Source: Methanothrix sp. (lineage in GTDB: Archaea; Halobacteriota; Methanosarcinia; Methanotrichales; Methanotrichaceae). Taken from it: 64,000 nt of DNA. The DNA is taken from NCBI GenBank assembly GCA_037128175.1, contig JBAXWY010000001.1:96001-160000 (forward strand), in the 5' to 3' direction. The position numbers and the translations under genes are program-made. Shown in pieces: positions 58,728 to 64,000 of the stretch. Numbering within the stretch: the stretch's first letter is position 1; each line of letters begins with the position of its first letter. The notes under the pieces were generated by a model that searched no databases, was not told the DNA's origin, and saw only the letters and a program-made list of their open reading frames with translations.

Positions 58728-60740
58728 TCAATTCACAGAGCCCGGAGACTCGCGGGCAAGCTTTTGCTTTCTCTTCTCTTCCTTCTTTCTCTCCACCTTG
58801 TACTCCTGGAAGATGCCCTCCAGCCGCTCCTCATGCTGCCTGGCCAGGCGTGCTTTCATCTCTTCTTCCCAGGCAACGCTGGCCGCAGCCACGTCCTCCG
58901 GTCGCACGAAGGGCATTTTATTGATCCTCTGCACCGGCACATTTTTGCGGGAGAAGACGGGAATGCATAGCTCCTGGAAGTGCTCACGCAAGGCAGGGCG
59001 CAACTCGCCCTCCACCACCACTCCGGCGATTTCCTTTTCCCGCAAAAGCTCAACCGTGCTCCTCCCGCCGCCGCTGGCATCCTCCAGAAAAAGCCAGTCC
59101 CCCTTTTCCAGGCAATATTGCTCCATAGCCAGCAAAATAGACTCGCGGGTAAAGGCCGCTAGAGGCTTGAGCTTTTGCAGGCCGCGTGTATCTTCAATTA
59201 TCTCTGCCTTCTTCTGACGCTCCAATGTCTTCTTCAGTTTCTTGATGTGTTTTCTCTCCGAACGGAGCACCGATCTCAGGCGCTCGATCTCCTTGTCTCG
59301 GATCTTGATCTCATGCTGCCGCTTGATCTCACGAGCCGTTTTGTCCCGCAGGCGATCCAGCTTGCCGTTTACTACCCTCAGGGCGACCTCTTTTTCCGCC
59401 AGCCCGTCCCGCAGCTCATCCAGGTAAGAACGCAGCGTTCTGACCTGCTCGGCAAGCTGCTGGTTTTGCTGGCGTAGTGCTGTGACATTCGGAGAGACAT
59501 CAAGCGATGCATCAAGAACGGCTTTCGCCGCAACCGGCTCTGCCTTTTGCCCCACGGGGGCAGCGGAAGACGGCACAAATTCGGCGATGGCGTTTTCAAT
59601 GGAATAGCCACGCACCACCAGGGCCTTCACCTCGTCGGGATCGATCTCGGAGGGAGACTTCTTTTCCACCTGCAAGAATTTATTCCGATATTTTTTAAAA
59701 GCGCTCAATGCCGCCGCCAGAGCATCGCGCTCATGATCGTTCTTGTAGCCAAACTCCTTTCCCAGAGCGATCTTCTCTTCCGCAGGAATGTCCCCGCCCG
59801 GAGAATAGAGAACGGCATTAAAAGCGCGCTTGACCTTCTCCACGCTGCCCGGCGTTGGATAGACATCTGTGGCGACTACCAGCGATCTGCCCCGCGCCGC
59901 GATCCATTCAATCACATCAGAGGAGGACAAGCCCCGGGAGCTGATCAGGTCCACCAGCTCGCCGGACAGGTTCAGCGCGGCAATGCCCGTTGTCGTTCCC
60001 GGGTCCAGGCCCACGATGATGTACCCGCGCCCCTGCGAAAGCGGTTTGTACTGCAGCTCGGGCCGCTCCATGCTCTGCACCAAGAGCTGTGCATCGCTGT
60101 AGTAGCCGGGACGGATGTGCACCTTCTCGCGGGAAGCTTCCACCACAAACTCGGCCCTGGTATAGCCGCCCAGGCCCTCAACGGCCCGTGTGGTGTACGC
60201 CAGCCCTGCTTCGCGAAGCTGTCGCTCTACCTCGCGCGCCAGGCTCATCACTGCGCCGTGAATCTTGCGCGTGTAGCGGTTCTGGCTCCAGCCGCCCCGG
60301 CCTAAAGAGCGCCTCCGGCTCACCTTGATCCAGGTCCTCTCCTGGAAAGCGGATAGAACAGCCCCGACGCCCTTGGCCGCCAGCCGGGCGCAGGCCTCCG
60401 CTTCTTGCAGCGGCTTGGTGCGGTCGAAGGTGATGCCGTGGTAGCGGGCCAGCTTGACCAGAGACTCCGGGTGGGCGGCGCCCGTCACCTGCACCATTCT
60501 GGTGGTGGGAGGCATCCTGCGCAAGATATTGATCAGCTCCCTTCGATCCCTGGCCAGCTCGTGGAGGTTGTCCATGGCCACGATCTCCGGCTGGCGCTCC
60601 CTGATGAGCCGGATCAGCTTATGCCGGCTGATCATGTGAAAGAGCGCGACGTCTCTCCCATCCAGCATCACCAGAGAGTAGCTTGGCGCCCTTCTGCCGG
60701 ACGGCGAGCCGCTGGCGATGTCCACACCAAATATGCTCAA
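58728..60740 (-). CDS. DUF460-containing RNase H-fold/coiled-coil protein
   Basis: GVDI, GRGGWSQNRY.R, IVGLDPGTTTG, NDHERDALAAA, coiled-coil C-terminus. Confidence 0.88.
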   Translation of the reverse strand: MSIFGVDIASGSPSGRRAPSYSLVMLDGRDVALFHMISRHKLIRLIRERQPEIVAMDNLHELARDRRELINILRRMPPTTRMVQVTGAAHPESLVKLARYHGITFDRTKPLQEAEACARLAAKGVGAVLSAFQERTWIKVSRRRSLGRGGWSQNRYTRKIHGAVMSLAREVERQLREAGLAYTTRAVEGLGGYTRAEFVVEASREKVHIRPGYYSDAQLLVQSMERPELQYKPLSQGRGYIIVGLDPGTTTGIAALNLSGELVDLISSRGLSSSDVIEWIAARGRSLVVATDVYPTPGSVEKVKRAFNAVLYSPGGDIPAEEKIALGKEFGYKNDHERDALAAALSAFKKYRNKFLQVEKKSPSEIDPDEVKALVVRGYSIENAIAEFVPSSAAPVGQKAEPVAAKAVLDASLDVSPNVTALRQQNQQLAEQVRTLRSYLDELRDGLAEKEVALRVVNGKLDRLRDKTAREIKRQHEIKIRDKEIERLRSVLRSERKHIKKLKKTLERQKKAEIIEDTRGLQKLKPLAAFTRESILLAMEQYCLEKGDWLFLEDASGGGRSTVELLREKEIAGVVVEGELRPALREHFQELCIPVFSRKNVPVQRINKMPFVRPEDVAAASVAWEEEMKARLARQHEERLEGIFQEYKVERKKEEKRKQKLARESPGSVN

Positions 60741-61624
60741 TGGTTCTCTGCCTCCCGGACACGCGAGAGCGCCCTATCCAGTGGCATTTCTATCCGGTAT
60801 TTTCGCTCGAAGAAGCGCAAGACATTGACCAGGTCTCTCTCCAATAGCTCCTGGGCATGGGGATGAGTGACCTCTACTGCCTGAGGCCAGTCGATGATCT
60901 TGGGGCCGGACTCGTCCACCATTACGTTAAACTCGGAAAGGTCGGCGTGAATGATGCCCAGTCTCCGGGCCTTTCCTACCTCGCCTAAGATCATGTTCAG
61001 TCCGTTCTCGGGGTCGGAGAGCGTGATACGGTTGAGGGCGGGGCCGCTCACAAATTCCATGGCCAGAACATGACGACTGCATGCGACGGGCCTTGGAATG
61101 GATACGATTGGGTAGAGCTTCTCCATGATGGCAAACTCGTGGCGAGCTGCCAGGGCGGCAGCATAAATCCAGGGCACTTTGGCCTGGTCGGTGAGATGAT
61201 CGCGCAGGCGGCGAATATGCTTGAAGCTGGTCCTTCCCTGGCGGTGGAACTTGATGGCCAGGTGATTCTCTCGACTCTCTCGATTCTCTCCCAGAGCTTC
61301 GTATACCACCGACTCTTTGCCTACCCCGATTCTCTCACCAAAGGCTTTCACGCTCCCTCGTTTCACTAAATCGGAGAGTGCCAGAAGATCATAGGCATCA
61401 AAGTCAATGCGGTAGCCGAGGTAGTGCATGCTCTCCTGCTCTACCAGTTTCTTTTCAAAAAGTTGGCCCAGCCGAAACTCCACCTTGCGGACCGGCAGGC
61501 CGGATATCTCTGAGATCACGTAGGATGGGACCCATTCGTGGGTCTTCATCCCGGTCTCAATAGCACTGAGCAGGGAGCGGTCTTCCTTGCTCAGGCCCAA
61601 TAATGCTTCAGCTAGATTTTCCAC
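60737..61624 (-). CDS. rio2: RIO2-type Ser/Thr kinase
   Basis: N-terminal wHTH, IGVGKES.VY, KFHR.G.TSF, IHADLSEFN, IIDWPQ. Confidence 0.92.
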   Translation of the reverse strand: MENLAEALLGLSKEDRSLLSAIETGMKTHEWVPSYVISEISGLPVRKVEFRLGQLFEKKLVEQESMHYLGYRIDFDAYDLLALSDLVKRGSVKAFGERIGVGKESVVYEALGENRESRENHLAIKFHRQGRTSFKHIRRLRDHLTDQAKVPWIYAAALAARHEFAIMEKLYPIVSIPRPVACSRHVLAMEFVSGPALNRITLSDPENGLNMILGEVGKARRLGIIHADLSEFNVMVDESGPKIIDWPQAVEVTHPHAQELLERDLVNVLRFFERKYRIEMPLDRALSRVREAENH

Positions 61625-61649
61625 AGATACTATTATGTGATTATTTTAG

Positions 61650-62819
61650 CTAAAGCTTTGCCCCCAGAGTCTGCATCACATAATCAGCAAACTTTGCACC
61701 TGTTGCCCCATCGGCTCGCCCGGTAAGGACAACCTTCCTCTCCAACTGGCCGCAGACGTCCAGTGCATTCTCCAATTTGGCCGCCTGATTCACAAAGCCG
61801 ATGTGGCGCAGCAGCATGACACAGGCGCGCATCATGCTGGCCGGATCGGCATAGAAAGCTCTGCCTTCCTCTACCATGCGCGGAGCCGAGCCGTGGATGG
61901 CCTCGAACATGGCATAGCGTTTTCCGATGTTGGCGCTTCCCGCTGTGCCCACGCCTCCCTGAAACTCGGCTGCTTCGTCGGTGAGGATGTCTCCGTAGAG
62001 GTTGGGCAGCACTATGACCTTGAAGTCCTTTCTGCGCTTCTCGTCCACCAGCTTGGCAGCCATGATGTCCACAAACCAGTCATCGAAGGCGATGTCCGGG
62101 TATTCCTTAGCCACACGCTTGGCCGTCTCCAGGAATTTGCCGTCCGTGGCTTTGATGACATTGGCCTTGGTGACCGCCGAGACCCTTTTAATGCCGTTCT
62201 TCCTGGCATACTCAAAGGCCAGGCGCACAATCCTTTCCACTCCTGGTGTGGTTATGACCTTGAAGTCCACGGCCAGGTCGTCGGTTACATTGATGCCCTT
62301 GCTGCCCAGGACGTACTCGCCCTCGGTGTTCTCCCTGTAAAAGATCCAGTCGATGCCCTTCTCCGGCACTTTAACGGGCCGAACGTTGGCGAAGAGGTCC
62401 AGCTCGCGACGCATGGAGACATTGGCGCTCTCCAGGTTGGGCCATTTGTCACCCTTCTTGGGGGTGGTGAGGGGGCCCTTCAAGATCACGTGGCACTCTT
62501 TTAGCGCGGCCAGAACATCCGCTGGCAAGGCTTTCATGACCTTGACCCGCGACTCGATGTCCAGACCGGGAATGTCTCGCAGCACCACCTTCCCTTCTGC
62601 AATCTCATCGGCCAGCACGTAGCTTAAGACTCGCACGGCCTGCTCTGTGATGTAGGGGCCGATGCCGTCGCCGCCCACCACGCCGATGATGAGGGGGTGG
62701 AGTTTGCTGTAGTCAACCCAAGTATCTCCCGCCTTTATCTGCTCAACGCGCAAAAGCTGCTCCACCAGCAGCTTGGCGAAGTGCTCCTTCGCCTTTTCTA
62801 TGGCCTCGGTATGAATCAT
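61650..62819 (-). CDS. Isocitrate/isopropylmalate dehydrogenase family protein (likely isocitrate dehydrogenase)
   Basis: GDGIGP, KGPLTTP, SANV..RR.LDLFANVRP, RENTEG.Y, PNLYGDILTD, FEAIHGSAP. Confidence 0.9.
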   Translation of the reverse strand: MIHTEAIEKAKEHFAKLLVEQLLRVEQIKAGDTWVDYSKLHPLIIGVVGGDGIGPYITEQAVRVLSYVLADEIAEGKVVLRDIPGLDIESRVKVMKALPADVLAALKECHVILKGPLTTPKKGDKWPNLESANVSMRRELDLFANVRPVKVPEKGIDWIFYRENTEGEYVLGSKGINVTDDLAVDFKVITTPGVERIVRLAFEYARKNGIKRVSAVTKANVIKATDGKFLETAKRVAKEYPDIAFDDWFVDIMAAKLVDEKRRKDFKVIVLPNLYGDILTDEAAEFQGGVGTAGSANIGKRYAMFEAIHGSAPRMVEEGRAFYADPASMMRACVMLLRHIGFVNQAAKLENALDVCGQLERKVVLTGRADGATGAKFADYVMQTLGAKL

Positions 62820-62979
62820 GCTTCGCACCTATTCTTCAGAGGAGGTGTCGGTTCTGGAAGATCAATCTTTTGCAGAATCGAAGGCTTTCGCCCCGCTCAC
62901 AGTGACTATTCGGCACTTCGCCAGGTTTCGGAGGCTAACCTCTGGTTACTATGGTTTTCCCGTTAACTTCGCAATACGA

Positions 62980-63142
62980 TCACCACAAAGTCACAAAGGC
63001 ACAAAGACGACGTAATAATATTTGACTTGGTAAGAAAATAATTTTCATGTGATCGTAATTCATAATGGGTTTCCACTGGTTATTACCAAATGGTTACGAA
63101 CTACTACCACAGAGACACAGAGCGCACGGAGGACTCACAGAG
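62980..63142 (+). repeat. Two REP-like half-sites (CACCACAAAGTCACAAAG and ACCACAGAGACACAGAG)
   Basis: 63106-63134 matches the reverse complement of the right arm of the 12226 repeat at 25/29 positions. Confidence 0.7.
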
Positions 63143-63330
63143 AATTGCGCGACGTAGCCGTCTTTTCTATGGAATTCGTCCCCACTCGTGCAGAGTGCTT
63201 GCGAATAAAAGGTCGCGCGTGGGCTTGTGGGTGGGAGCGTGCACGCGGGCTGCCGGGCGAGGACCGCGATGGGGGACGGATCGAGGCGATTCGGGGACGA
63301 AGAGGCACAGGCAGAATGCGAAACTTTTTT

Positions 63331-63822
63331 TCAGTCTTTCCCAAGACCATCAATCGCCTCTTTCAGCTTCCCGTAAGTGGCCTGCAGCGCCTCCGATATC
63401 ACTCTGGTGTCGGATAGCACGGGCATGAAATTGGTGTCTCCATTCCAGCGAGGCACGATATGCAGATGAATGTGATCGGCAATGCCCGCTCCCCCCACCA
63501 GGCCCATGTTGATGCCCAGGTTAAAGCCGTCCGGATGCATGGTCTTCTTGAGCAGATCAACGCACAGATCGGCAAGCTGCATCATCTCCTGCTGCTCTTC
63601 CGGGGCCCAGGCGGCGAGAGTAGACGTGTGCCGGTAGGGAACGACCATCATATGGCCGTTGTTGTAGGGAAACGCATTGAGGATGATGAAGTGATACAAG
63701 CCTCGGTAAAGGATGTAGTTGTCTATGTCCCGGCTCTCCTTCGGCTTGTCGCAGAATATGCAGCCTTCCGGCTTCTTGCTCAAAATGTAATCGATTCTCC
63801 AGGGCGCCCATAAATTTTCCAT
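63331..63822 (-). CDS. HIT-family hydrolase
   Basis: LWAPWR..YI, CIFC, N.FPYNNGH, HIHLHIVPRW.GD.NF. Confidence 0.93.
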   Translation of the reverse strand: MENLWAPWRIDYILSKKPEGCIFCDKPKESRDIDNYILYRGLYHFIILNAFPYNNGHMMVVPYRHTSTLAAWAPEEQQEMMQLADLCVDLLKKTMHPDGFNLGINMGLVGGAGIADHIHLHIVPRWNGDTNFMPVLSDTRVISEALQATYGKLKEAIDGLGKD

Positions 63823-63823
63823 G

Positions 63824-64000
63824 TTATTTCTCCTCTCTTTGCCAGACCAGCTTTCTTCCCAGTATCTCTGGCCTTCTCTCTATAAACATCTTTATCGCCC
63901 TGGGGTAGGCTTTGTACTCCGCCCTCTGAATTCTGGCCTTGAGGCTATCGTGGGTATCGTCCTCCAAAACGGGCACAGGCCTCTGGTAGACAATGGGGCC
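63824..64000 (-). CDS. purN: Phosphoribosylglycinamide formyltransferase, C-terminal part (5' end outside the window)
   Basis: Manual translation GPIVYQRPVPVLEDDTHDSLKARIQRAEYKAYPRAI. Confidence 0.8.
   Translation of the reverse strand, partial: GPIVYQRPVPVLEDDTHDSLKARIQRAEYKAYPRAIKMFIERRPEILGRKLVWQREEK

Noticed and set aside
63175-63301. 9-bp inverted repeat TTCGTCCCC/GGGGACGAA around GC-rich DNA
   Set aside because: Too short, single copy and no target duplication seen; cannot be supported as a MITE.

Overview
Archaeal chromosomal window, most consistent with Methanothrix (Methanosaeta)/Methanosarcinales. The assignment is inferred from archaeal rps8e, Elp3, TYW1, Kae1, RIO2, an intron-containing tRNA-Trp, a PGF-CTERM remnant, and expanded pentapeptide and beta-propeller surface protein families. 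Main content: a phosphate locus (AbrB-PhoU regulator, PHP hydrolase, three tandem pstS), hicBA, nadE, a cell-envelope gene cluster around a membrane-anchored wHTH regulator, a lower-GC islet (PAP2, lamin-tail, DUF347), kae1-purD/glnA, three tRNAs, nfo, tyw1, three pentapeptide-repeat/2TM-channel-like genes plus one remnant, hisG, elp3-rps8e, pdxST, pgk, amtB-glnK, rio2, icd-like, HIT and partial purN. No CRISPR array, integrase or transposase ORF is visible. Best leads: (1) a candidate envelope-sensing regulon made of a transmembrane wHTH regulator, a secreted stand-alone copy of its ectodomain, and two Met-rich helical-repeat secreted paralogues 40 kb apart that share a three-box promoter element at identical spacing; (2) TnpB-less IS200/IS605 right-end (omegaRNA-like) sequences abutting the stop codons of two paralogous pentapeptide-channel genes; (3) a promoter-bearing hairpin RNA whose loop is anti-Shine-Dalgarno and anti-AUG; (4) a switch-like structured leader upstream of icd; (5) a tRNA-Trp intron guide that fits the spliced rather than the unspliced tRNA. 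All family assignments come from motif recognition by eye; no database search or folding computation was run.
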